Shown piece by piece: positions 9,763-19,086 of a DNA stretch of 64,000 nucleotides. The position numbers were made by a program, and so were the translations under genes. The notes beneath the pieces were generated by a model. The model worked only from the letters and a program-made list of their open reading frames with translations, had not been told where the DNA came from and did not search any database. This DNA comes from Dehalococcoidia bacterium (GTDB taxonomy: Bacteria; Chloroflexota; Dehalococcoidia; Bin125). Position 1 is the first letter of the stretch, and every line of letters begins with the position of its first letter. The stretch spans positions 2,720,001 through 2,784,000 of the forward strand of contig OY820591.1 of NCBI GenBank assembly GCA_963555985.3. Direction: 5' to 3'.

Positions 9763-10689
9763 CTAGACCAGCACGTCTAGTCCGACGGCGGTGAAGATGA
9801 TGAACAGGTAGAAGATTGAGTAGAAGAACAGGCGCATCGGCTCGGTTTGGCCTCGCCAGACTCTCCAGGCGATCAGGATGAAGACGGCTCCGCTGATGGC
9901 GGCGGTGGTCTCGTAGCACCAGCTGAGGTGGCCTCCGAGCGGGCCGAGCAGGGTGAGCGCGACCAGACCGATCGAGTAGAGCAGGAGTTGGCGGCGGGTC
10001 TCGGCCTCGCCGGCGACGACCGGGAGCATGGGCACATCGGCGCGGGCGTAGTCGTCGCGGTATTTGAGCGCGAGCGCCCAGAAGTGGGGAGGCGTCCACA
10101 TGAAGATGATCAGGAAGAGGATCAGCGGCGTCCAGGTCAGTTCGCCGGTGACGGCGGCCCAGCCGACCAGGGGCGGCATCGCTCCCGCTGCGCCGCCGAT
10201 GACGATGTTCTGGCGAGTCCGGCGTTTGAGCCAGATCGTGTAGACGAGCACGTAGAAGGCGACTGCGGCCTCGGCCAAGAGCGCCGAGAGCAGGTTGACG
10301 GTCAAGGCGAGCTGGACTCCGCCTAGGGCGGCGAGAAGCAAGCCCCAGACCAGCGCGTGCCAGGGCTGCAAGAGGCCGGCGGGGAGCGGGCGAGCGGCGG
10401 TGCGCTCCATCAGGCTGTCGATGTCGCGGTCGAACCATTGATTGAGGGTGTTGGCGCCGCCGGCGGTGAGAATGCCGCCTAAGAGTGTGAGCGCGATCAG
10501 ATCGAGCCCCGGCCAGCCGTCGGCGGCGACGACCATCGTGGGCAGCGTCGTGATCAGCAGCAGTTGGATGATGCCGGGCTTCATCAAGTCCCAGAACGCG
10601 CGCGCGGTGACCCACCAGGCACGCCAGGGCGCAGCGTGCGTTCGGATGGATGCGCCGCTCGCGCTGCTGCGGATGGCCCGTTCAGTCAT
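9763..10689 (-). CDS. ctaB: Protoheme IX farnesyltransferase (heme o synthase)
   Basis: NQWFDRDIDSLMERT, LKRRT, WTPPHFWALA. Confidence 0.95.
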   Translation of the reverse strand: MTERAIRSSASGASIRTHAAPWRAWWVTARAFWDLMKPGIIQLLLITTLPTMVVAADGWPGLDLIALTLLGGILTAGGANTLNQWFDRDIDSLMERTAARPLPAGLLQPWHALVWGLLLAALGGVQLALTVNLLSALLAEAAVAFYVLVYTIWLKRRTRQNIVIGGAAGAMPPLVGWAAVTGELTWTPLILFLIIFMWTPPHFWALALKYRDDYARADVPMLPVVAGEAETRRQLLLYSIGLVALTLLGPLGGHLSWCYETTAAISGAVFILIAWRVWRGQTEPMRLFFYSIFYLFIIFTAVGLDVLV

Positions 10690-11728
10690 ACTGCGTTTCG
10701 CCTTTGCCGCTCAGTATCGCGTCCGGTGGCGTTTCAAGCTCTTCGGTCGCCGAGTCCTGCTCAGTCGCGCGATAGAGGGCAACTGCGGCGGCGGCGGCGA
10801 TCAGCGTCCAGGTGAGCGCGCCGGCGGACAAATGCAGCGCTCTCAGCCAAGCGTCGAACTCGAGCCGGATCATCTCTGCGCCCAGCACGATCTGGCCCAG
10901 AAAGAGCGCCGCGCCTGCGTGCGTGAACATGGTTGTCGCCCGTGAGCGCGGTCGCAGCATGACCACGCCCAGCGACGCCGCAAAGACCGCCGCTCCCGCT
11001 GCCACGACCAGCAGGCGATGCGACATATTCCAACGTGCATAGGTGCCGACCGGCCAGAGGTCGCCGTGGCACAAGGGCCACTGCCGCCAACAGGCGCCGC
11101 CGCCGGGGCCGACATGCGCTCCCGCCTCCGGCTTGACATCGATGTGGGTGACATATGAACCGATCACCACTACTACCAGCATCAAGACGGCCGCCGTGAG
11201 CGCCAAACCAGCAAAACGCCGCGCCTGCGAGGCGGAGTTGACTCCCAGCCGAGCCTGCTCGGACGAGGGCGTCCAACCCCACTCGAACATGCCCAGCCAG
11301 GAGGCGGTCATCAGCATCGTGATCAGCATCGCGGTGGCCAGATGCGCGGTCACGATCTCGTCTTCGAGCCGCTCGGTCACGGTCAGGCCGCCGAGAATGA
11401 CCTGCACCGCGAGCAGCGCGACCGCCAGCGCGGCCGGCAGCCAGACGCGCGTCCGCTGCCGCCAACGGCGCAGCGTGTAGATGGCGAAGCCGATGATCAC
11501 AAAGCCCATCAGCATCGCTACCAGGCGGTGAGTCCACTCCAGCCAGACTTGGTAGGGCGCGTGCTCGCCAAAGTCGCCGCTCGGGAAGACGCGGCCGTAG
11601 CAGCCCGGCCAATCGGGACAGGCGAGGCCGGAATCGGTCACACGCACGACTCCGCCCAGCGTCGTCAACGCCAGCAGGCCAACGATGATCCCCAGTCCCA
11701 GCCACTGCGCGCGCGTCATCGATAACAT
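10682..11728 (-). CDS. ctaA: Heme A synthase
   Basis: GGVVRVTDSGLACPDWPGC, EWTHR, second Cys pair and HR; start moved to the MLSMT methionines. Confidence 0.92.
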   Translation of the reverse strand: MLSMTRAQWLGLGIIVGLLALTTLGGVVRVTDSGLACPDWPGCYGRVFPSGDFGEHAPYQVWLEWTHRLVAMLMGFVIIGFAIYTLRRWRQRTRVWLPAALAVALLAVQVILGGLTVTERLEDEIVTAHLATAMLITMLMTASWLGMFEWGWTPSSEQARLGVNSASQARRFAGLALTAAVLMLVVVVIGSYVTHIDVKPEAGAHVGPGGGACWRQWPLCHGDLWPVGTYARWNMSHRLLVVAAGAAVFAASLGVVMLRPRSRATTMFTHAGAALFLGQIVLGAEMIRLEFDAWLRALHLSAGALTWTLIAAAAAVALYRATEQDSATEELETPPDAILSGKGETQYD

Positions 11729-11798
11729 CGGCGCTCTCTCGACTGTCTCACAACGTTCAGCGTCGCCCGCAGAGGCGCGGCCGTCAATGCGGTGCGTC

Positions 11799-12791
11799 TC
11801 AGCGATCGCCCGGGCGTGTGCCCAGTGTGTCAATCTCACCGTGCACGCGCAGTTGCATATCGCGCACGGTGTCGCTCTGGCGTCCCTTGAAACCCTCGCG
11901 CTCGGCCCAGTAGTAGACGGTGACGACGATCGCGATCGCAAACATCATCGAGCCCGGCACCCACATGATGCCTGCGCCGATGCGCTGGTCGGTCAGCGCG
12001 GAGGGTCCCCACTCGCGCAGCGCTGCGGCGGTCGAATAGGTCTCGTAGACCGCCTCGCCCACGTTGGTCAGAATCAGCCCCAAGCCGATGTTCTGCAACA
12101 CCGCCACCACTAAGAGGGCGCAACGCCAGACGTGATGCGGCCTGAGTTTGGTGGCGTCTACGCCGATCACCAGCCACCAGAAGAGCACCGCGCCAAGCAG
12201 GAAGACGCCGTGCTCGACGAAGTGCAGGGCCTCGCTGGCAATGGCGGCGTCGTAGGCGGCGGGTAGATGCCAGAGCCAGATCCCGGCGACGAAGATGAGG
12301 ATCGCGACCGGCGGAAAGGTGAGGAACCAGACCAGGCGGCTGTTGAGCAGCGGGACCAGGTAGGTTTCGCGCACACGCGGACTGGCGGCGCGGAGCGCGA
12401 GCGTGGCGGGCGCGCCTAGGAGCATCAGCGGCGCGACGACCATCGTGATCAGCACGTGCTGGAGCATATGCACCCAGAAGAGGTCGTCGGAGTAGGTGTC
12501 GACCGGCGAGGTGAGGCCGATCAGCATGAAGAACCAACCGGCCCAGAAGCACCAGGCGTGCCAGCGGGGAAAGTGGAAGTTGGGCGAGTCGCGGCGCAGG
12601 CGAATGTAGGCCCAGCCGTAGAGTCCGCCGACGAGTAGGACTAGGGCCAAGCCGGGCGCGTCCACCTGCCAGACGCCGAGGGCGCTGAGGATGTCGCCGG
12701 ATTCGGCCGCGGAGCCGTCGTGGGCGAGCACGGCCGCCGGTAGACCGGCGCCGGCTACGGCGGCGAACAACAGAAGCAGGCGACGTCGCAT
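11799..12791 (-). CDS. ctaG: Cytochrome c oxidase assembly factor (caa3 CtaG)
   Basis: HMLQH, WHLP, HFVEH, DQRIGAGIMW motifs. Confidence 0.92.
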   Translation of the reverse strand: MRRRLLLLFAAVAGAGLPAAVLAHDGSAAESGDILSALGVWQVDAPGLALVLLVGGLYGWAYIRLRRDSPNFHFPRWHAWCFWAGWFFMLIGLTSPVDTYSDDLFWVHMLQHVLITMVVAPLMLLGAPATLALRAASPRVRETYLVPLLNSRLVWFLTFPPVAILIFVAGIWLWHLPAAYDAAIASEALHFVEHGVFLLGAVLFWWLVIGVDATKLRPHHVWRCALLVVAVLQNIGLGLILTNVGEAVYETYSTAAALREWGPSALTDQRIGAGIMWVPGSMMFAIAIVVTVYYWAEREGFKGRQSDTVRDMQLRVHGEIDTLGTRPGDR

Positions 12792-12829
12792 CACGCCTAT
12801 CGCAACTCGCCCGCCCGGCAACGGGGCGC

Positions 12830-13450
12830 TCAGCTCAGGAAGAAGACGAGCGGGAAGATCACCAGCAGCCAGACGAAGCCGACGAAGTGCCAGTAGAGCG
12901 TGGCTGCCTCAATCGCGGTGTTCCGCTTCGCGTCGAAGTGTCCTAACAGCCCCCGCAGCCACTGGGCGAAGATGAAGACCAGGCCGCCGATCACGTGCGC
13001 GCCGTGGAAGCCGGTGAGGGTGTAGAAGGTGGCCGCGTAGGGACCGTCGGAGATGCCGAAACCGGCATGGCTCCACTCGAAGTACTGATTGATGATGAAG
13101 GCAGTGCCGATCACGAGCACAATGCCCATGTAGATCAGCATCGCCCGGCGGTTGCCCTTGCGAATCGAGAAGGCGGCGAGCTGCATCGGGATACTGGTCG
13201 AGACCAGCAGCACGGTGAACAGGATCGGCAGTACGTGGTCGCCCTCGACGCGGTGCGCGCCGTTGGTCGGTTCCCAGAACAGGGTGTCGCTGTGCAGCGC
13301 GAGCATGGCGGCAATCAGGCCGGAGAAGAACATGATCTCCGAGAAGATGAAGAAGATGATCCCCCAGAGGCCGGTAGTCATCGGCTCGTCGCCGACGAGG
13401 AAGCTGCGAACAGGGTGGACTCGCTTGGGAGTCAGTGCGTCGGCGGCCAT
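12830..13450 (-). CDS. ctaE: Cytochrome c oxidase subunit III
   Basis: FIFSEIMFF, TGFHGAHV, YWHFV. Confidence 0.95.
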   Translation of the reverse strand: MAADALTPKRVHPVRSFLVGDEPMTTGLWGIIFFIFSEIMFFSGLIAAMLALHSDTLFWEPTNGAHRVEGDHVLPILFTVLLVSTSIPMQLAAFSIRKGNRRAMLIYMGIVLVIGTAFIINQYFEWSHAGFGISDGPYAATFYTLTGFHGAHVIGGLVFIFAQWLRGLLGHFDAKRNTAIEAATLYWHFVGFVWLLVIFPLVFFLS

Positions 13451-13452
13451 CG

Positions 13453-15189
13453 CTAGCCCTCCTCCCGAGCGGAGGCAGTAGGCGCTTTCGCGCCGCCTCC
13501 GCCGTTGTGTCCGTTGCCATTTGCGATGTGGTAGTGCGGGTCGTCACCGAGCCGCTCGCCGAAGCGGAGGTCGAACAGCGGCCGCTCGGAGCGAACCTCC
13601 GGCAGTGAGTCGAAGTTGTGCGGCGGCGGCGGTGAGGTCGTCGCCCACTCCAGCGTCGTGCCTTCCCACGGGTCGGACCCGGCCTTTTCGCCCCACTTGA
13701 GCGAGTAGAAGACGTTGTAGAGGAAGACCATCATCCCGGCTGCGGAGACGAACGCGCCGATCGTAGTCAGCATGTTCATCAGCTCCCAGCCGGGGTTGGC
13801 GACGTAGTCGTTGATCCGGCGGGGCATCCCATCAAGCCCGAGCAGGAGCTGGGTGAAGAAGATCAGGTTGACGCCGATGAACAGCAGCCAGAAGTGGAGC
13901 TTGCCCAAGCCCTCGTTCATGAACTTGCCGAACATCTTCGGGAACCAGTAGTAACAGCCGGCGAGGAAGCCGAAGGTCGCGGCGATTGACATCGTGTAGT
14001 GGAAGTGTCCGACCACGAAGTAGGTGTCGTGGAGGGCGAAGTCGACCGGTACGGCGGCGTGGAAGACACCGGTGATGCCGCCGATCAGGAAGAGCATCAG
14101 GAAGCCGACGCTGAACAGCATCGCAGTGGGGAAGATGTTGGAACCGCGCCACATGGTGGCGATCCAGTTGAACATCTTCACGCCGGTGGGTACCGCGATC
14201 AGGAAGGTCGCGCCCATGAAGAAGGGCAGGAAGACGCCGCCGGTGGTGAACATGTGGTGCGCCCAGACGATGAATCCGAGCAGCCCGATTGCGACCAGCG
14301 CCAGCACCATCGAGCGGTAACCGAAGACCGGGCGGCGCGTGAACACCCCGAAGACGTCGGAGACGATCCCCATCGCGGGCAAGATCATGATGTAGACGGC
14401 GGGGTGCGAGTAGAACCAGAAGAGATTCTGCCAGAGCAGCGGCTGTCCGCCTGCGGACGGCTCGAAGAAGGCGCCTCCGGCTCCGTTGCGGTCAATGAAG
14501 CCCAGCACCAGCGCGGCGGCCAGCACCGGGGTCGAGAGCAGGATCAGCAGACCGGTGACCAACGTCGTCCAGGTGAACAACGGCAATCGCCACATGGTCA
14601 TGCCGGGCGCGCGCATCTTGAAGATCGTGACCAAGAAGTTGATCGAGCCGAAGATCGAGGCCTGGCCTAACAAGATCACGCCGACGAGCCACATGTCCAT
14701 GCCCGCGCCGGGCGGTTCGGCGTTGGGGCCGCTGTCAATCGTGATCGGCGGGTAGGCCGTCCAACCGGCGGAGGCGGTGCCGCCTTCGACCGCAAAGGAC
14801 ATTGCCAACAGCACGCCGCCGAAGAAAAAGATCCAGAACGAGAGCGCGTTGATGCGCGGGAAGGCCATATCCAGCGCCCCGATCTGGAGCGGCATGGAGT
14901 AGTTCATGAAGGCCGCGCCGATGGGCAGCAGGAAGAGGAAGATCATCACGCTGCCGTGCATCGTGAAGATCGAGTTGTAGGTCTCCGCCGAAATGATCGT
15001 CCCGGCCTCTGCCAACTCCGTTCGTATCACCAGCGAGAACGCCATCCCGACGAGCCCGAACGCGCCCGCCGTCCAGAGGTACATGATCCCGATCTTCTTG
15101 TGGTCAACGGTCGTCAGCCACTCGAGGATGATGCGCCAGACGTTCGCGCCGGCATAGGGCGCTGCCTGTGCTCCCGCCAGAGTCGCCAT
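13453..15189 (-). CDS. ctaD: Cytochrome c oxidase subunit I, type A2
   Basis: DHKKIG, FWFYSHPAVY (YS motif), WAHHM, HFHY. Confidence 0.97.
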   Translation of the reverse strand: MATLAGAQAAPYAGANVWRIILEWLTTVDHKKIGIMYLWTAGAFGLVGMAFSLVIRTELAEAGTIISAETYNSIFTMHGSVMIFLFLLPIGAAFMNYSMPLQIGALDMAFPRINALSFWIFFFGGVLLAMSFAVEGGTASAGWTAYPPITIDSGPNAEPPGAGMDMWLVGVILLGQASIFGSINFLVTIFKMRAPGMTMWRLPLFTWTTLVTGLLILLSTPVLAAALVLGFIDRNGAGGAFFEPSAGGQPLLWQNLFWFYSHPAVYIMILPAMGIVSDVFGVFTRRPVFGYRSMVLALVAIGLLGFIVWAHHMFTTGGVFLPFFMGATFLIAVPTGVKMFNWIATMWRGSNIFPTAMLFSVGFLMLFLIGGITGVFHAAVPVDFALHDTYFVVGHFHYTMSIAATFGFLAGCYYWFPKMFGKFMNEGLGKLHFWLLFIGVNLIFFTQLLLGLDGMPRRINDYVANPGWELMNMLTTIGAFVSAAGMMVFLYNVFYSLKWGEKAGSDPWEGTTLEWATTSPPPPHNFDSLPEVRSERPLFDLRFGERLGDDPHYHIANGNGHNGGGGAKAPTASAREEG

Positions 15190-15233
15190 CGTTCGTCCTC
15201 CCTACAGCGTCGTCGCAGTTCGCGGCGGACGGC

Positions 15234-16592
15234 CTAGCCGCCCGCCTCGACCAGCTCGGCGAGTTTGCTTGGAATCACCTGCGAGTCCGGCGGACGCTCC
15301 ACCGATTGCAGCCAGGCATAGATGTCCGCGATCTCTTCGTCGCTGACCTGATCCGGCGGGAAGGCGGTCATCGCCTCCAGCGGCATCCGGTACTGCTCAA
15401 CCACGCGCTCAAGCGATACGATCGTCTGCGCGATCGTCGGGCCGACCAGACCCTCGCCGCGGTCGCCGTGGCAGACGTTGCAGCCGAGCGAGAAGAAGAG
15501 ATCCTGGCCATTGACCGGATTGCCGACTGCGCCCTCTTCCAATTCGGCCTCTTCCTCAGCCCCGAAATCGCCCTCAATCGGCTCTGCCAATTCGGGCGTC
15601 TTGGCTGCGAACCAGTCCTCGTACTCATCCTGCGACAACGCGCGCACAGTGAAAATCATGCGCGCGTGGTCGCGGCCGCAGAACTCCGCGCACTGGCTCT
15701 TGAAATCGCCCGATTCGTTCACCCGCACCCACATCGTCTGCACACGGCCTGGCACCGCATCGAGTTTGTAGAGGAATTGCGGCGTGTAGAAGGCGTGCAG
15801 AACATCGGCGGAGGCGATGTTGAAGCGGATCATCTGCCCGACCGGAACGGTCACGATCGGGGTGTTGTCCGCCGCCTGCATCCGGCCCTCGGCTTCCGTA
15901 TCAGTGCCGTTGAAGACGCGCATCACAGATGATCCGGCCCGGTGCGGGATCGCGACCGTTCCGTTCACGGCGCGCTCCACGGTGACCACATCGCCTTCGC
16001 GCGAACGCACCCGCATGTGCTCGACGCCCAGCTTCAGGGTCATAAAGGGTTGCACCAGCGACGGATCGCTCAGGATCAGCTCGGTCTCCTCCGGGTTGTT
16101 CGAGAGGCCCTCTTCCAACTCCGTGCCCAAGGGCACTGCGTAGTTGAACGCCCACGCCCACTGACGGCCTTGCACGTCGATCTCGGTAACGGACTCTCCC
16201 GGCTCGGCGGCGGACTGCACGTCTTCCAGCACCACCAGCGAGCCGATGAACAGAGCCACCACGATCACCAGCGGAATTCCCGTCCAGAGCACCTCCGCAG
16301 TGGTGTTATGCCCAACCTGGGTCGGCAGTTCATCGTCCGACTTGCGCTTGTAGCGGAAGACCACCCAGAGGATCATCGCCTCGACGATCACGAACACGGC
16401 CACGCCGATGCCTAGCACGACGAAGAAGAGGACGCGGATGTCGTCGCCCTGATCGGAGACGGCGGGCGGCAGCGCGACTTGCCCGACTGCCCAGCCGGAA
16501 ACGCCAAAGAGCGCCAGCGCGCAGGCTCCGATGACCAGCGTCAACCGACCGATCCGCGTTCGCCAGAGACGTTGATAAGCCCTCACGCGCAC
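15234..16592 (-). CDS. ctaC: Cytochrome c oxidase subunit II with fused cytochrome c (caa3)
   Basis: CuA ligands DVLH...CAEFCGRDHARM; C-terminal CNVCH. Confidence 0.93.
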   Translation of the reverse strand: MRVRAYQRLWRTRIGRLTLVIGACALALFGVSGWAVGQVALPPAVSDQGDDIRVLFFVVLGIGVAVFVIVEAMILWVVFRYKRKSDDELPTQVGHNTTAEVLWTGIPLVIVVALFIGSLVVLEDVQSAAEPGESVTEIDVQGRQWAWAFNYAVPLGTELEEGLSNNPEETELILSDPSLVQPFMTLKLGVEHMRVRSREGDVVTVERAVNGTVAIPHRAGSSVMRVFNGTDTEAEGRMQAADNTPIVTVPVGQMIRFNIASADVLHAFYTPQFLYKLDAVPGRVQTMWVRVNESGDFKSQCAEFCGRDHARMIFTVRALSQDEYEDWFAAKTPELAEPIEGDFGAEEEAELEEGAVGNPVNGQDLFFSLGCNVCHGDRGEGLVGPTIAQTIVSLERVVEQYRMPLEAMTAFPPDQVSDEEIADIYAWLQSVERPPDSQVIPSKLAELVEAGG

Positions 16593-16610
16593 GCCCCCTT
16601 AATCAACCGG

Positions 16611-17765
16611 CTAGCTCGCGCCCGAGTCGCTGCCGGCCATCACCGGCGCATCCTCGGCCTCGTGGTGTTCGTCGTCGTGAGACGGTTCCTCGAAGTCCGA
16701 AATGTCCTCGAAGAACCAGCCCACGCCGCCAAAGATGATCAGCGTAATTCCCGCACCCAGCGCCGCCGTCGTGAAGACCGCCCCGGCCGCGGTCAGAATC
16801 AGGCCGGCGGCGAAGATGATCGGCGACAAACTCGGCGGCGGCATATGCACGCCCGGCGGCGGAGTCGATTCGGGCATCACCGCGAGCGGGTGCTGGCGAA
16901 ACTCCGCCGGCCCGCCCGCCTCGTAGTAGCCCATGTCTTCCATGAACCAGCGCAGCGCCGAGAGCACGATCAGCGTGATCCCCACGCTCAGCATCTCGGT
17001 CACGAAGATCGCGCCGGCCGCAGTCGCGATCAGACCCAGCGCAAACAGGATCGGAGCCAAGCTCGGCGGGGGGAGATGATCGGCGTTGGAGCCGTGTCCG
17101 TGGCTGTCCGCGCCGTGCTCTTCATCCTCCAGTCCGGAGGGCAGCGCGAGGGTCGCCGGCGCGTCAACGACCGGCGCGGCCAGCGCCGGTACATCGCCGC
17201 TGCGCGAGGCCGGCAGCGGCTGGAGATAGGCGTCGACGACCTGCTTGCGCTCGTCGCGGTAAGCCATCGGCTTCAGGGCGGAGGGCAGCAATGCCGCGAT
17301 CGGTTTGAACAGGTCGGGACCGCTGTAGGCCTCTTGCAGATCGATCCCGAATCCGGCCGGACGCTGGCGATAGGTCATCAGCCGATAGAGCTTGACCCCG
17401 TTCACCCGGCAGAGCCGCATCGCTCGTCCGGCCTGACCCATCGGCACGTACAAGACCAGTGGGGCGGCTCTCGCGATCGGGGCCCAGCGTTCTACGGCGG
17501 TTTCGTTCGTGACCTCGTGCGTGAGCGCCAGATCGGCCGCAACCGCGATGAAGTGGCCGGGCTCATCAGTGACCACGATGTCGGGATAGAGCCAGCCGGC
17601 GGTTCGACCGCCGCGCGACAGCACCTGCACACCCAGTTGGCGCTCGGGGAAGTTCAGCGCGACTTCGCGATCGGGGTATTCCTCGTTGGGAAATGCGTAC
17701 CGCGCCTCAGCGATCTGCTGAAGCACCGTACCCCGCTTCTGGCGCGCCGATTCGAGCGTCGGCAT
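16611..17765 (-). CDS. Fusion of a soluble N-terminal domain and two oxidase subunit IV-like TM hairpins
   Basis: First gene of the cta operon; repeats HLPPPSLAPILFALG...RWFMED and HMPPPSLSPIIFAAG...GWFFED; N-terminal YPDIVV motif. Confidence 0.65.
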   Translation of the reverse strand: MPTLESARQKRGTVLQQIAEARYAFPNEEYPDREVALNFPERQLGVQVLSRGGRTAGWLYPDIVVTDEPGHFIAVAADLALTHEVTNETAVERWAPIARAAPLVLYVPMGQAGRAMRLCRVNGVKLYRLMTYRQRPAGFGIDLQEAYSGPDLFKPIAALLPSALKPMAYRDERKQVVDAYLQPLPASRSGDVPALAAPVVDAPATLALPSGLEDEEHGADSHGHGSNADHLPPPSLAPILFALGLIATAAGAIFVTEMLSVGITLIVLSALRWFMEDMGYYEAGGPAEFRQHPLAVMPESTPPPGVHMPPPSLSPIIFAAGLILTAAGAVFTTAALGAGITLIIFGGVGWFFEDISDFEEPSHDDEHHEAEDAPVMAGSDSGAS

Positions 17766-17867
17766 CGTGCCTGCAACCCTCTCGCTCTCAGCCCTGCCCC
17801 GTGCCAGGGCGCGGGCGTGGATCGATCCTAGCCGCCTCCGGCGACAGGGGCTATCCCCCAGCGTGGA

Positions 17868-19043
17868 TTAGGACAACGAGCGCGGCTCCTGATTGATGGG
17901 GATGTAGCGCGGACGGTAAATCGCCACCCCGCGACCGCCCCGGGCGCGCGTGCGTTCATCGACGATCTGCGCGCCGATGCCGGCAATCCGCGACCAACCG
18001 AACAGCGTCGTGTAGTAGTCCGGATCGGTGAAGCCGAGTGCGTTGACCAGGCTGCCGGAGATCAGGTCTACGTTCGGGTAGGGGTTGGAGACTTTCGGAT
18101 TCTCGCTCAAGGCGCGAATTCCGCCCGCGCGCACTGCCTTGACCACCTTGAACCAGTGATCGTCCGGGCAGAGCTCTTCGCCCACGCCCAGCTGCACCTT
18201 CGCGCGCGGATCCTCCTGGCGCAGGACGGCGTGGCCGAAACCGAAGATCAGTCCGCCTCCGGCCAGACGCTCTCTGAGCATCTCGTAGGCCTGCTCCGGA
18301 TCTTCGGTATCAACCTCTTTCACCATCTTGAAGGCGTCCTGATTGGCCATCCCGTGCCGTGGACCGGCCAGTGCGTTCATTCCCGACGCCATCGAGCGGT
18401 ACATATCGGCCAAGCCGCTCGCCACCGCGCGACCGGTGAAGGTCGAGAGGTTGCCGCCGCCGTGATCGGCGTGCAGGTTGTAGTAGACCGAGAGCAGCCT
18501 GGTCAGCGCTTCCTCGTCGCCGTCGGGCATCCCCAGCATGTGCACGAAGTTATTCACGTAGCCGCGCACGGGCTCGGAGGCAATCAGCTCGCCCCAGCCC
18601 TCGCGCAGACGGAAGATCGCGGCCAGCGCCGTGGGAATTCGGGCGACCAGATTCAGCGCATCCTCGTAGTAATCATCGGTCTTGCCGGTCATACCCAGAA
18701 TCTGGATCGCGGCGCAGAACAGATCCATCGGATGCCCCGACATCGGCATAGCCGCGATCGCGGCCATCGCCTCCGGCGAGACCTCGGAGCGCTCGGCGAT
18801 ATCGTCGGCGACCGCCTGGCGCTGCGCGTCGGTGGGCAGCGCCTTGTTGAACAGCAGGTGGATGATGTCCTCGGCCGGCAGGAACGCCAAATCCGCGATC
18901 GGATAGCCGACGTAGGAGACGCCTACCTGCGGATCGACGTAGCTGGTCTCGCACGTGCCCACGGGATAGCCGCGCAGGCCCGTGTCGAGATTGGCGTTGG
19001 TGATCGTGAACTCAATCTGCGGTACGTCTGCCACCCGCTTCAC
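17868..19043 (-). CDS. gltA: Citrate (Si)-synthase
   Basis: DHGGGNLS, LAGPRHGMAN, GFGHAVLR, PNVD. Confidence 0.92.
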   Translation of the reverse strand: MKRVADVPQIEFTITNANLDTGLRGYPVGTCETSYVDPQVGVSYVGYPIADLAFLPAEDIIHLLFNKALPTDAQRQAVADDIAERSEVSPEAMAAIAAMPMSGHPMDLFCAAIQILGMTGKTDDYYEDALNLVARIPTALAAIFRLREGWGELIASEPVRGYVNNFVHMLGMPDGDEEALTRLLSVYYNLHADHGGGNLSTFTGRAVASGLADMYRSMASGMNALAGPRHGMANQDAFKMVKEVDTEDPEQAYEMLRERLAGGGLIFGFGHAVLRQEDPRAKVQLGVGEELCPDDHWFKVVKAVRAGGIRALSENPKVSNPYPNVDLISGSLVNALGFTDPDYYTTLFGWSRIAGIGAQIVDERTRARGGRGVAIYRPRYIPINQEPRSLS

Positions 19044-19086
19044 CTTCCGGGCACAGCGCGGCAGCCGGGGCCGCGCTCAACTTGAC

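Noticed and set aside
10682-11941. Long CtaA start at 11941
   Set aside because: It overlaps ctaG; the CtaA-like sequence begins near 11728.
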